The notes: generated by a model from the sequence alone, not told the origin. Positions 35,475-48,547 are shown, numbered from the stretch's first letter. The stretch is 64,000 bases of DNA from Anaeramoeba ignava BMAN (GCA_028826165.1 JAPDFW010000076.1:124001-188000), one strand, 5' to 3'. A program made the numbers and translations.

Positions 35475-38400
35475 ATGGATAATCAATTTGAAGAGAAAAT
35501 TCGTAATTGGATTGGTTCAATTATTGGAGAAAATGTGAGTTTTTCATTGGAAGAAAGAGATAATTTGATTTATCATCTTTGTCTTTTTTTAAATAAATTA
35601 TCTCCTCAAAGCGTTATAATTGACAGGTAAAACAAAAAAAAATAAAAAAAATAAAAAAAAATAACGAAATTAAAAATTAAAATTAAATTAAAAATTAAAA
35701 TTAAAATTAAAATCAAAAAGAAATAAAATTAAAAAGAAATTAAAATTAAAATCTAAAATTAAAATGAAAATTAAAATTAAAATTAAAATAAAAATTAAAA
35801 TTAAAATTAAAATTAAAAAGAAATAAAATAATTTCAAAAGAATTTAAAATTAAAATTAAAAACAAAAGAAAATTAAAATTAAAATTAAAATTAAAATCTA
35901 CATTTCAAATTCAAATTAAATTCAAATTCAAATTAAATTCAAATTCAAATTAAAATCAAAATTAAAATTAAAATGAAAAATTAAAATTAAATTAAAATTA
36001 AAATTAAAATCTACATTTCAAATCCACATTTAAATCAAAAAGAAATAAAATAATTTCAAAAGGAATTAAAATTAAAATTAAAATTAAAATTAAAATTAAA
36101 AAGAAATAAAATAATTTCAAAAGAATTTAAAATTAAAATTAAAAACAAAAGAAAATTAAAATTAAAATTAAAATTAAAATCTACATTTCAAATTCAAATT
36201 AAATTCAAATTCAAATTAAATTCAAATTCAAATTAAAATCAAAATTAAAATTAAAATGAAAAATTAAAATTAAAATTAAAATTAAAATTAAAATCTACAT
36301 TTCAAATCCACATTTAAATCAAAAAGAAATAAAATAATTTCAAAAGGAATTAAAATTAAAATTAAAAACAAAAGAAAATTAAAATTAAAATTAAAAATTA
36401 AAATTAAAATTAAAATTAAAATTAAATTAAAATCTACATTTCAAATCCACATTTAAATCAAAAAGAAATAAAATAATTTCAAAAGAAATTAAAATTAAAA
36501 TTAAAATTAAAATTAAAATTAAAATTAAATTAAAATCTACATTTAAATCAAAAAGAAATAAAATAATTTCAAAAGAAATTAAAATTAAAATTAAAATTAA
36601 AATTAAAATCAAAAAGAAATAAAATAAATTCAAAATAAATTAAAATGAAAAATTAAAATTAAAATTGAAATTAAAATTAAAATTAAAATTAAAATCTAAA
36701 TTAAAATCTACATTTCAAATCCGCATTTAAATCAAAAATAAAATAATTTCAAAAGAAAATTAAAATTAAAAAGAAATAAAATAATTTCAAATTAAAATTA
36801 AAATTAAAAAGAAATTAAAAATTAAAATTAAAATTAAAATCAAAAAGAAAATTAAAATTAAAATGAAAAATTAAAATTAAAATTAAAATTAAAATTGAAA
36901 ATAAAATTAAAATTAATTTTAGAGAAAATCCTCAACAAAGTTGGAAATCTTTCTTGAGAGGTTGTTTAAAATATGGAGTTGAAAGAGAATATTTAATGTC
37001 TTATAGAACATTTATATCAGGAAAATATCATTCAGCAGTTTTACTTCTTGTTTATCAATTAGGAGTCGTTGCAAAAAATAGAGGATTTCAATCACAATCA
37101 AGAAAAGACCCAAAAATCATGCATAATTTATCAAGAACTCAATCACAAAGAATATCTCAATCAACTGGAAAAATTAATCAATATAAAATGGATCAACCTA
37201 AAAAATCAAAAGATAATTTAGTTTATTTAAAAAAACCTAAAAACAAAATAAAAAGTCAGCAAAATACCAATCAAAAAAATCATAAACAAAACGATTTACA
37301 ACAAAATATCCAACAAAATCATCGTTTTAAAGAATCAAAGATTAATAGATGGAACGAAATGATTCAAGGGACAAATATATTGAAATCCTTTTCAGAAGTT
37401 TCAATAAATCCAAATCAAAATGGTTTTGTTGATGCATTAAAATCAAATGATAATCAATCAAATTTATTTATTCAAAATGAAATTCAAAATGAAAATGAAA
37501 ATGAAAATGAAAATGAAATTCAAATTGAAAATCAAAATGAAAATCAAAATGAAAATCAAAATCAAATTAAAAATGAAAATGAAATTCAAAATGAAATTAA
37601 AAATGAAAATAAAAATGAAATTAAAAATGAAATTAAAAATGAAATTAAAAATGAAATTAAAAATGAAAGAAATAATGAAAAATGAAGATAAAAATGAAAA
37701 TGAAACAATTTTAAAAACCCCAATTTTGCAAAATATTTCACAAGAAACAGATAATGAAATAGATAAAGAAACAGATAAAGAAATAAATAATGAAACAAAT
37801 AATGAAATAAATAATGAAACAGATAAAGAAATAAATAATGAAACAAATAATGAAATAAATAATGAAACAGATAAAGAAACAAATAATGAAACAAATAATG
37901 AAATAGATAAAGAAACAAATAAAGAAATAAATAAAGAAACAAATAAAGAAATAAATAATGAAACAGATAAAGAAATAGATAAAGAAACAGATAAAGAAAC
38001 AAATAAAGAAATAAATAAAGAAACAAATAAAGAAACAAATAATGAAATAGATAAAGAAATAGATAAAGAAACAGATAAAGAAATAGATAAAGAAACAGAT
38101 AATGAAACAGATAAAGAAACAGATAAAGAAATAAATAATGAAACAGATAAAGAAATAGATAAAAAAATAAATAAAGAAACAGATAAAGAAATAGATAAAG
38201 AAACAGATAAAGAAACAGATAAAGAAATAGATAAAGAAACAGATAAAGAAATACCAAAAATACAAATAGAAAATCAAAAGAAATTCGATAAAGAAATACC
38301 AAAAATACAAATAGAAAACCAAAAGCAATTCGATCAAGAAATACAACTATTCACATTTAATATTCAATCACTACATCAAAAAGAATGGAAAAATGAAGAC

Positions 38401-41400
38401 GATGAATTAGAAAATGTTATCACTCCATCAATTGAATTGCCTAAAATAAATTCAAAATACCCAAGAAGAAATATTAACAAAATTTACACATTGGATATTT
38501 TAGAAAAATTAACACAGAAATTTTTTATGCAAGCAAAATGCCAATTTAAATTCAAAGCAATTGATGACAGAACTGGTCACCAAAATAATGGAAGTATTCA
38601 ATTAACACCAAATAACTTTCTTGTTTCACTTGATGAAGCAGACAGTAAAATTTCCAATGATTATTTTCTTCCGCCTAAAATGCAATTTGAAATTGATAAA
38701 AATGACGATTCATCAATTTGGATTTATTTGCAAGAAAATAACGCTTTAAGATTAAAATTCGAATCCAAAAATGAAACTCATTTATTCTCAAAAACATTTA
38801 TGATGTTTCAATGGTACCAAACAAAGTGCCCTGAAAAATATCCAATCAATGGAAGTATTCTTGGAGAAGCTCCTGAAATCGAATCCATTGCATTAAGAGC
38901 TTTGTTCAATAAATCTGCGATATTCCATATTCAAATTGAAAACAAAACAAAAACAAACTGGGAACCGTGCATTTTAGAAATGGGGGAAAGTAAAATCACA
39001 GTGATATTAGAAACTCTATTTGTTTCGTTATATTATCTTTTTAATAATGTCCGTTTTGAAAACGAAAACACTTATTCAGACCAAATCATTTTCCAATTCA
39101 CTCAAAACGAAGAAAATCTACAAACAAATCTTAAGTGCAAATCAAAATTAGAAAAAATACTCATTCTCCAAGTTTCCAAATTATTTCTTAGAAACGCAAA
39201 ATTCCAAAATACAATTCATCACCAAATTGTTTATTCAAATGATTTAAACCAACAAAATTTTGCAGAAGAAACGACAAAAAAGCACATTTTAGATCCAGTT
39301 TTGAAGGAAAGTATAAATCTAAACCAAGTTATTTCCCCTCAAAAAAACATCATTTTCGGAGCTTTTGACTCAAATGGAGAAGCAAGTATCATCCAACCAC
39401 AAATGATGTCTGAAATACTGGATGCAATCTGCCCTGATTTACAGATTTTTCATTTCAACGAATCTAATTTTGTTAATATCGCCAAAATTCAGAAGTTTTT
39501 TTACAAAGAAAAAACAGACAATTTTTCCGTTTCTCTTTTGAATTCGGGAAAATATTGTAATGGAATTTTGACCTTAACGAGAAGTAAGGTGCGCGTGTTT
39601 CTCCATTCTGGAAAAGTTCTTATTGAACATGAATTCAAACCAGAGCAAAAAATCATACTTCATTCATTGAAAACACGTCCATTCACTCTTCAAATCAGTG
39701 ATTCCTCCTTTTTGGTTATGAAGGCTCAATCACCTGCAATCCGAACACTGATTGCCCAATCCTTCGCATATTTCCATACAAACTTTTTCAATTCCGATGG
39801 GCTTACATCTCGGAAATCCAAGGAAATTGATCCCTATTTATCCAATTTTGCAAAGTTTCATGAAAATGTTATCAAGCAAAATCAGCTTAAAAAACAAAAA
39901 ACACAGAATATCTTCATTTTTCATGATGAAGACTCAACAAAACAAAATCAACCAGCTGAGATATTTCAAGCATCTCTCTATAACTCGTTTTTCAAAAGCT
40001 ACTCAGCCGTTACTATTCTTCTTTATCATGATCATTTCACGCTTCAATTTGGAAATGAATCAATATCAAGATATTTTTCAGTATTTTCACGAGTCAGAAA
40101 ATATTCCCAAAAAAATAGCTCAATATTTTGTCATTTTTCAATTGACGAACTTGAATTTGTTTTTTTAGTTTTCCCAGCTCACGAATCTCTAACAGGATTT
40201 GTTCTAGAATTTGATCATCGGCGAGAAAATTTTTTGAAAAAACTCCAAAATAATTTTCAACCAAAAGATATTGTTTATGATTGTAATTTTAAGACGACAA
40301 ACGATATTTTGGATGGACAAATAATTTTGAAATACGATTCATTTGAAATGATTACATTTGATACAAATATAAAAACTAATTCAAATTCAAATCCAAATAT
40401 AAAAACAAATTCAAATTCAAATTCAAATTCAAATTCAAATTCAAATATAAAAACAAATTTAAGTAATTCTTTATCAGTTATGTATTCTTCAATTATATCT
40501 CCAAATAAACACAAAACATTTGCAAATGCGGTTTGCCTCAAAATTGGGATCGCAGAAGGTGTTGTTTATCTATTTTTTCAATCTCCAGAAATTCAATCCG
40601 ACTTTCTTCGCAAATTTGAAAAATATTCACAACATTTTCTTGCGCTTTCCCAAATCGCCAACATTTCCCATTCAACACTCACAAGTCAAGATCTAACAAA
40701 AAAACCACATCAAACAAAAGTTGTTCTCAATGGATCTTATTATGGAAAATGCAAAATAAGTCTATCAGAAAAAGAAAAAACGATGGTTTTGATGGACCAA
40801 AATTTAAACGAAAAAAAATATCAAGTGGAAAATGCAGAATTTTATCTTCACCAGAACAATTCAAGACAATGTCTTATAGAAATTGGATCTACAGAGATGG
40901 CACTATGTTTTGATACACAACAAAATCTTGACAAATTCCATGAAGATTTCAACAAAATATGCGGAGAAGCACTGACAAAAACACCTCATGAATTCAACGG
41001 AATTTTTTATTCTATTGAAAGCCAGCAATTCACAGAAGGCTATATAAAAATATTCCAACAGAATTCAAGGATCACTTTTTCTCAGCAAGGCTCAATGCTC
41101 CAAAGCGAGGAAATTGAAAAAACAAATATTTTTTCGCATGTCACAAACCCCAAAATCATACGTGTTCAAATCTCAAATGGAAATGAGTTTTTGTTCTCTT
41201 TCCGTTTGCGATCCAAACGCGACGAGTTTCTTGAGCTTTTCAATAGCATCAAAGAAACTCAGCTTCTTTATAGCCAGCAACAAACACCGCAAATCTTAGA
41301 TGATGAAAAAAGTGGAAAAAGTGAATTATTTAAAAATAAACGAAGTTCAAAAGAAAATATAAATCAAAATATAAATATAAATATAAATATAAACGAAAAC

Positions 41401-42465
41401 GAAAACGAAAACGAACTTTCGCTCGAAGAAAAACAACCTATTTTTTCTGATGGAAGTTTCCGTGATATCCTCACAAATCTTGAAAAGGATATCAACGGAA
41501 TCATGTCTGACTCAATGGAGTATGAAGTAACATCGATCGAGCAATCAACCAAAATTCGTGAAGAAGCCAAAATAATTCTGCAAGAAGGCGGATTTGTGAT
41601 CGAATCCGCACGCTTATCCCAGAGACATTCTTACACAATCACTCAACTTTACGTCCATCCGCAAAACACTAAACTTCTGCGACTTAACATCCAAAACGGA
41701 GAAAAATATCAAGTTGTGATCCTTCAATTTTTGACGCCAAGCTACAGATCCTTTTTCACAAACAAATTCAAATCGCAAAAAGAAAGACAAATTTTTCGCG
41801 AAAAGCAAAAAAATTTGCAGAAAAAAAATAACGTTTTTTACATCCAAATTGTGGATGAGAATTTGCAGGCAAAAGGAAATGGAATTTTGAAACTCACAAA
41901 AAATCGGAACAATTTGATTTTAAAAACAAGTGTTGGAAAAATCAACTTAAATCAAGTGAACAATTTGATTCTCCATCCGCAAAATCCACGATTGGCGCGG
42001 ATCAATGTTGAGGAAGACCTGAATATCTTGGTGTTATTTTCCGAAACAAAAGAACGCTCTCAGTTTCAATCCTTATTCTTTAATTTCAAGTCTCTCAACT
42101 TGATTCCCGATGAAGAAACACTATCGGAAAACACATCGAGTACATCATCTCCAACTAAAGTGTTTCCTGTTAAATTTCTTGACCACAACAACCCTAACTC
42201 TGGGAATTACGGAACAATTATTCTCCAACCTGAAAAATGTGTTGTTCAATTGAATTCAAATCAAATGCCTATTGAATATAAATTAAATATTGATTCGCAA
42301 TTTTTGTTCCATGAAACACAATCTGCTGTTGCTAAAATTATTCTTGATCAAACTCATTCCTTCCAAATAAGATTTGTTGATTCTGAAAAAAGGGATGAGT
42401 TTTCTCGTTTCTTTCGAGATTATTCCCCAAAAAAGACACGTTTAAGAACTCAAGATAAAAATTAA
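35475..42465 (+). CDS. Calponin-homology domain, acidic repeat and ~10 tandem PH-like domains (paralog B); one probable homopolymer frameshift near 37680
   Basis: Exon 35475-35626, intron 35627-36922. CH-like segment EEKIRNWIGSIIGE..HLCLFLNKLSPQSV..SFLRGCLKYGV..VLLLVYQLGVVA. An extra A in gaaaaatgaag links ORF 36954 to ORF 37447. Colinear with paralog A (KTFMMFQ/KTFRMFQ, PINGSILG/PIHGEILG, IDELEF). Confidence 0.75.
35640..36915 (+). repeat. Intronic (aaatta)n microsatellite with a higher-order ~283-bp duplication
   Basis: Block atttcaaaagaatttaaaatt at 35831 and 36114; repeated ctacatttcaaat markers. Confidence 0.85.
37740..38255 (+). repeat. Coding 12-nt repeat (ETDK/EINN/EIDK)
   Basis: gaaacagataaa / gaaataaataat tandem units. 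Confidence 0.9.
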
Positions 42466-42627
42466 CCAAAAACAAGACTTGATTAATTATTATTATTATT
42501 ATTATTATTAATATTAAGTAAAATAGATTTTCAAAAACAAAACGAAAAAATTCCACAATGTTCCAATTTTTTGAATAAAAGAAATTCAAAATAAAATTTT
42601 TTCATTTTTTTTTTTTTCATTTTCAAA

Positions 42628-45600
42628 ATGTATCAAATTTATCGAGCTATTAAAAGCAATAATACTCAATTTTTTAATACAGTTCCAAACTTGAAAACAA
42701 TAGAAAAATTTGAAAAAGAAAATGAACCTTTTCTGATTTTTGCTTTCAAAAACAAACCAACAGTTCAAATGATTTCCAAACTTATTGAAAAAGAAACAAA
42801 TTTAAATTGGGTTGATAAAAATGAAAACACCCCTTTACATTTTGCTTTAGAAAACAAATTACAAAATGAAATCATTGAACTTTTAATTAGAAAAGGTAGT
42901 GATTTGAATTTAAAAAACATACGAAATGAAATACCTTTGCATATTGCTTTGAAAAACAAAAACTCAAATGAAATTATTAAATTACTAATTGAAAACGGTT
43001 CTGATCTCAATCTCAAAAATAATTGGAATGAGAACTTATTATTTTTTGCTTTGGAAAACAATAACTCGTTTGAAACCATCCAATTATTAATTTCAAAAGG
43101 CTCTGATCTTAAATGCAAAAACAAGGAAAATGAAACACCTTTGCATATTGCTTTAACTCATAACAATTCCTTTGAAATTATTAAATTGCTTATTGAAAAA
43201 GGATCATATGTTAATTCAAAAAACAACGAAAACGAAACACCTTTACATATTGCCTTGGAAAACAAATTATCAAACGAAATTGTTCAGTTATTAATCTCAA
43301 ACGGTTCTAATGTCAAGTTGAAAAATAGTCGGAATAAAATCCCTCTGCATTTTGCTTTGGAAAATAAATATCCAAACGATATTATTAAATGGCTTCTCTC
43401 AAAAGGATCTGATATCAATTTGAAAAACAATCAAAATGAAATTCCTCTGCATAACGCTTTGGAAAATAATCTTTCATTTGAAATTATTCAGTTACTAATC
43501 GAAAAGGGTTCTGGAGTCAACTCGAAAAATTATCGAAAAGAAACACCTTTACATTTTGCTTTGAAAAGCAGCAACCCATTGGAAACAATTCAATTACTAA
43601 TTGAAAAAGGATCCGATCTCAATTCCAAAAACAATCAAAATGAAATTCCTTTACATATTGCTTTGCAAAACAAAAACCCAAAAGAAATTATCCAGTTGCT
43701 TATTGAAAAAGGATCTGATCTCAATTTAAAAGATCTTTTAAACGATATACCTCTGCATATTGCCCTGAGAAAAAATTATCCAGAGCAAACCATTGAATTA
43801 TTAATTTCAAAAGGATCCGATCTCAATTCCAAAAACAATCAGGATGAAATTCCTTTACATATTGCTTTGCAAAACAAAAACCCAAAAGAAATTATCCAGT
43901 TGCTTGTTGAAAAAGGATCTGATCTCAATTCGAAAAATTTCGAAGAAGAAACACCTTTACATTATGCGGTCAAAAACAAAAATTCAATCAATATTATTGA
44001 ATTATTAATTGAAGCAGGTTCTGATATCAATTCCAAGAATAAGTGGAATGAAATACCCTTATATTCAGCTTTTTTCAATCGTTTACCAGATGAAATCATC
44101 AAGTTATTGATCGAAAAAGGATCTGATGTTAATTCAAAAAATAGAGATAGCGAAATAGCTTTACACTTTGCTTTGAAAAAACAATATTCAGATGAAATTA
44201 TCAAGTTATTAGTCGAAAAAGGATCTTCTTTACATTTAAAAATTGATCAAAAGGAAACACCTTTACATTTTGTTTTGAAGAAAAAATATCCAATCGAAAT
44301 TATCAAATTACTAGTTGAAAAAGGATGTGATGTTAATCCAAAAACCGAACAAAATGAAACACCATTACACATTGCCTTGAAATACCAAAATCCAATTGAG
44401 GTTATTCAATATCTAATTTCAAAAGGATCTGATATTGATCCAAAAAACAACCGAAATGAAACACCTTTGCATGTTGCTTTAGAAAATCAAGATTCAAATG
44501 AAATTATCCAATTATTGATTTCAAAAGGATGTGAGATTGATGGAAAAACAATAAATAGTGAAATACCTTTGCACATTGCATTGAGAAATAATTATTCAAA
44601 AGAGATTATCCAATCATTAATTGAAAAAGGATCTGATATCAACTCAAAAAACGATCGAAATGAAACACCTTTACATACTGCTTTACAAACAAAAAACTCA
44701 AATGAAATTATCCAATTATTGATTTCAAAAGGATGTGGGATTGATGGAAAAACAATAAATAGTGAAATACCTTTGCACATCGCATTGAGAAATAATTATT
44801 CAAAAGAGATTATCCAATCATTAATTGAAAAAGGATCTGATATCAATTCAAAAAATGATCGAAATGAAACACCTTTACATACTGCTTTAAAAACAAAAAA
44901 CTCAAATGAAATTATTGAATTATTGATTTCAAAGGGATGTGATATTAATTCCAAAAATAAAGAAGATGAAACACCTTTGCACACTGCTTTGCAAAACAAA
45001 AACTCAAGTGAAACTATTGAATTGTTAATTTCAAAAGGATCTGATATCAATTTACAAAATAATTGGAATGAAATACCTCTACACATTGCATTGAGAAATA
45101 ATTATTCAAAAGAGATTATCCAATCATTAATCGCAAAAGGATCAGATATCAATTCAAAAAATGATCAAAATGAAACACCTTTACACATTGCCTTGAAAAA
45201 CCAAAATCAAAAAGAGATTATTGAATTATTAATTGCAAAGGGATGTGATATTAACTCAAAAAACAAGCAAGATGAAACACCTTTGCACACTGCTTTGAAA
45301 AATAAAAACTCAAGTGAAATTATTGAATTGTTAATTTCAAAAGGATCTGATATCAATTTACAAAACTACCAAAATCAACTTCCTTTGCATATTGCTTTGA
45401 GCAAGAAATATGAAAATGAAATTATTAAATTATTAATTGAAAAGGGATCAAATCTCAATTTAAAAGAAAGTCGAAAATATTTAATACCACTATATATCGC
45501 TTTAGAAAAAGATTATCCAAAAGAGATTATTGAATTGTTGATTTCAAAAGGGTCTGACATCAACTCAATAAGCAAAAACGAAGAAACACCTTTATATTTA

Positions 45601-46746
45601 GTTTTGAGAAGGAGAATGGGAAAAGAATTTGTTGAGTTATTACTTGAAAAAGGGTCTAATGTTAATTTCAGAAACCGATGGAATGAAGCATCTTTACATT
45701 ATGCTTTGCAAAGTAATTATCCAGATGAAGTTATTAAATTGCTCATTTCAAAAGGATCGGATATTAATTTGCTCTCCTCAGCGAATGAATTACCTTTGCA
45801 TATTGCATTGAAAAATGAATATTCAAGTGAGCTTGTTATTCATTTGTTCAAAAATACCAATTTTTTTTGTTTGAAAAAAAAATATATCACGAAAGAAATG
45901 ATTGGATTATTCCCCAAAGTTTATTCAATCAACTATGATTTGCAGAATTTATTAAAAACAAGCGAATTTACAGATTGCGATATTAATTGCAATGATAGAA
46001 GCACAATCCAAGTTCATAAACATATTTTATTAATAAGATTTGATAACAACCAAGAAATTTTGCAAAAATTCACCAATTTATGTTATCAAAAACCGAAAAA
46101 CATTGTGCAAGTTGCTTTGAATTTTCTTTATACTGGATTTATTGATTTGGATTGGTTTGTTCGTAAATTTTATCGAACTGTTCACAAAAAAGATATTTCT
46201 TCAGCTTATGCCCTTTTTACTGATGATGATTTAACTTCTGGACAAATTGAAGATCGAAATAAAGAAGAACATGAAATAATTTTAGATGGAATTCATGAAA
46301 ATAACAAGGTTTTAATTGAAGAATTTTTTGAGGAAATTGGATTAGATTCAAATTGGATCAAAAAAAAAGAAGGAATAGAAGGAATTTTGACAGATTTGCA
46401 TAAATTATATGAAGAAAACGAAACAAAAGATTTTACAATAATTTGTTCAGAAAATGAAAAAGAAAAAGAAATTAAAGTACATAAGTTAATATTAGTATCG
46501 AGAAGTGAATTATATAAAGGAATGTTTTTAAGTGTTCAAGATTCATCAAATCAAGTTCATGATTATTCAGGAAAATCATTCGAAACAATTCAACAAATAA
46601 TTTATTTTCTTTATCATGATAAATTTGATGAAACAAAAGAAATTAAAAAAAATATTAAAGAATTTTCCAAATTAGAAGATTATTTCCAATTAAATCAAAA
46701 TTCGACTTTTAATTTAAGAAGAATTGATTTGAAAAAAAAAATATAA
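42628..46746 (+). CDS. Ankyrin-repeat (~30 x 34 aa) protein with two C-terminal BTB/POZ domains
   Basis: Regular ETPLHIAL..EIIELLISKGSDIN units; BTB motifs FTDCDI..IQVHKHILLIR and DFTII..IKVHKLILVSRSELYKGMF. Confidence 0.95.
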   Translation: MYQIYRAIKSNNTQFFNTVPNLKTIEKFEKENEPFLIFAFKNKPTVQMISKLIEKETNLNWVDKNENTPLHFALENKLQNEIIELLIRKGSDLNLKNIRNEIPLHIALKNKNSNEIIKLLIENGSDLNLKNNWNENLLFFALENNNSFETIQLLISKGSDLKCKNKENETPLHIALTHNNSFEIIKLLIEKGSYVNSKNNENETPLHIALENKLSNEIVQLLISNGSNVKLKNSRNKIPLHFALENKYPNDIIKWLLSKGSDINLKNNQNEIPLHNALENNLSFEIIQLLIEKGSGVNSKNYRKETPLHFALKSSNPLETIQLLIEKGSDLNSKNNQNEIPLHIALQNKNPKEIIQLLIEKGSDLNLKDLLNDIPLHIALRKNYPEQTIELLISKGSDLNSKNNQDEIPLHIALQNKNPKEIIQLLVEKGSDLNSKNFEEETPLHYAVKNKNSINIIELLIEAGSDINSKNKWNEIPLYSAFFNRLPDEIIKLLIEKGSDVNSKNRDSEIALHFALKKQYSDEIIKLLVEKGSSLHLKIDQKETPLHFVLKKKYPIEIIKLLVEKGCDVNPKTEQNETPLHIALKYQNPIEVIQYLISKGSDIDPKNNRNETPLHVALENQDSNEIIQLLISKGCEIDGKTINSEIPLHIALRNNYSKEIIQSLIEKGSDINSKNDRNETPLHTALQTKNSNEIIQLLISKGCGIDGKTINSEIPLHIALRNNYSKEIIQSLIEKGSDINSKNDRNETPLHTALKTKNSNEIIELLISKGCDINSKNKEDETPLHTALQNKNSSETIELLISKGSDINLQNNWNEIPLHIALRNNYSKEIIQSLIAKGSDINSKNDQNETPLHIALKNQNQKEIIELLIAKGCDINSKNKQDETPLHTALKNKNSSEIIELLISKGSDINLQNYQNQLPLHIALSKKYENEIIKLLIEKGSNLNLKESRKYLIPLYIALEKDYPKEIIELLISKGSDINSISKNEETPLYLVLRRRMGKEFVELLLEKGSNVNFRNRWNEASLHYALQSNYPDEVIKLLISKGSDINLLSSANELPLHIALKNEYSSELVIHLFKNTNFFCLKKKYITKEMIGLFPKVYSINYDLQNLLKTSEFTDCDINCNDRSTIQVHKHILLIRFDNNQEILQKFTNLCYQKPKNIVQVALNFLYTGFIDLDWFVRKFYRTVHKKDISSAYALFTDDDLTSGQIEDRNKEEHEIILDGIHENNKVLIEEFFEEIGLDSNWIKKKEGIEGILTDLHKLYEENETKDFTIICSENEKEKEIKVHKLILVSRSELYKGMFLSVQDSSNQVHDYSGKSFETIQQIIYFLYHDKFDETKEIKKNIKEFSKLEDYFQLNQNSTFNLRRIDLKKKI

Positions 46747-46948
46747 TTAAAAAAAGAAAAACAAAAAGAAATTTTGATTTTTTTTTTGATTTGTTTCTTG
46801 AATTAAAAAAGAAAAAGAAAGGTTCAAATGAAAAGATAAAATGATTAAGAAAGAAAGTAAAAAAGTGAATAGAAAAAAAAAAACGAATTTTTTCTTTTTG
46901 TTTTTCGTTTTTTTTTTTTGAAATGAAAATGAAAAGAAAATTCATTAA

Positions 46949-48004
46949 TTAGTTATCATCACTTGAAATTTGAGGAGCATCAATTTCATTATCTTGTTGA
47001 TCATCATCGTTATTTGAATCAGAATTTTCTTGTAATTGTTTTTCTTTTTGTTGTTCTTCATAAATTTTCTTTTCCTCTTCAAAACGAATTTTATCTTTTT
47101 GAGCCATATCTTGATATCTCTATATTAATTTTATATTTTAATTTTTAATTTTAAATTTAATTTTAAATTTCATGTTGAAAAATTTTTGATTAATTTCTTG
47201 TTAAAAGAAAAAAATTTTGCTTTTTTTTTTTTTTTAAAAAAATTTTATATTATTTTTACCTTTTTTTCATCAGGAGAAATTCTTCCCCATTCACGAGAAA
47301 TAATTTTACTAATTTCAGCCATTCTTTGTTTTGGATTTTCAGCCATTAAACGTTTTCTGTATTCACCTGCAAATAACCAATAACCAGTTGCTGGTCTTTT
47401 GGGTCTGTTAGGATCTCTTGGTTTGTTTTTCTTCTTGGGTCTTTTTGGAGTTCTTTTTGGAGAGACATCATTTTCATTATCATCGTTATCATTATCATTA
47501 TCATTGTCGTTATCATTTTCATTATCGTTTTGGTAATAATTGTCTTCATTTCCGTTTTCGTATTCATTCTCGTTATCGTTGTCTCCATCGTTTTGGTTAT
47601 CATCTTCATCATTTGATTCTTGACTTGAAGAATCACTTGAAACTTTTGGAGATACTTTTGGATGATTTTTTCTGTATTCTTGGATTTCTTCTTGATATCT
47701 TTTTCTGTCTTCTTCAACTTTTTTTGTATATTTCTTTATTTAAAAATAACGTTTTTTTTTTTTAATTTAATAAATTTTTTTAAATTTAATTTTTTAAATA
47801 AAAAAATACTGCTTTATCTTCAGTTGTAAGTTTTGCCCATTCTTCTGAAATAATTTTAGAAATTTCTGCCATTCTTTTTATTTCTCTTTCATTTTTGATC
47901 TTTTCCCTCATTTCTGATGCAAAAAAGAAGAATGAATTCTTGGGTCGTTTTGGTAAATTTGGATCACGATTTTTTCGTTTGCCTTTTCCTTTTGCTCTTC
48001 CCAT
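46949..48004 (-). CDS. Two-HMG-box chromatin protein with an acidic linker, 3 exons
   Basis: Introns 47734-47809 and 47120-47259; boxes RDPNLPKRPKNSFFFF..EISKIISEEW and RDPNRPKRPATGYWLF..EISKIISREW; TAA at 46949-46951. Confidence 0.92.
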
Positions 48005-48469
48005 CTTTTTATTTTAATATTTTTTATATTTTTTTTTTTGATTATTTTAAGTTAAGTTTAAATGAAAAAAAATTTTTTTATATAATAAAATAAAAAAAAT
48101 TCAAATTGAAATTGAATTGAATTGAGAAATTGAATTTTAAATTTTGTTTTTTTTTTTTGCTTTGTTTTTATTTGTTTGTTGTTTTTTTTTTAACGGTTGT
48201 TGTTGTTTTTTTTTTTATTTGAATTGTTCTTTAATTATTTTTTTTTTCTTATTTCTTATTTATTTTTTTATTTATTTATTTATTTTTTTGTTACTTTTTT
48301 TTTTTTTATAAATAAAGCAATTTGTTTTTTTTTTTGTTTGTTTGTTTGTTTGTAAAAGAAAAAAAAATAATAAAAGAAAATAATTAAAAAAAAAAAAAGA
48401 AAAAATAAATTAAAATTTTTTTTTTAATTTTTTTTTTATTTTAATTTTAAAAAAAAAATTTATTAAAAA

Positions 48470-48547
48470 ACTAAACTAAACTAAACTAAATAAAACTAAA
48501 CTAAACTAAACAAAATAAAACTAAACAAAATAAAACTAAATAAAACT
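48470..48547. repeat. (aaact)n microsatellite
   Basis: ctaaactaaactaaa run. Confidence 0.8.

Noticed and set aside
1041-37685. Programmed frameshifting or pseudogenes at ~1041, ~16205, 26190-26835 and ~37680
   Set aside because: Every break lies in a homopolymer or low-complexity run, and a one-base change repairs each isolated case. Long-read consensus error is more parsimonious, but raw reads are needed to confirm.
4192-46746. Inteins in the very long ORFs
   Set aside because: No C/S...HN-C/S/T splicing motifs or LAGLIDADG blocks were recognised; the insertions are low-complexity.
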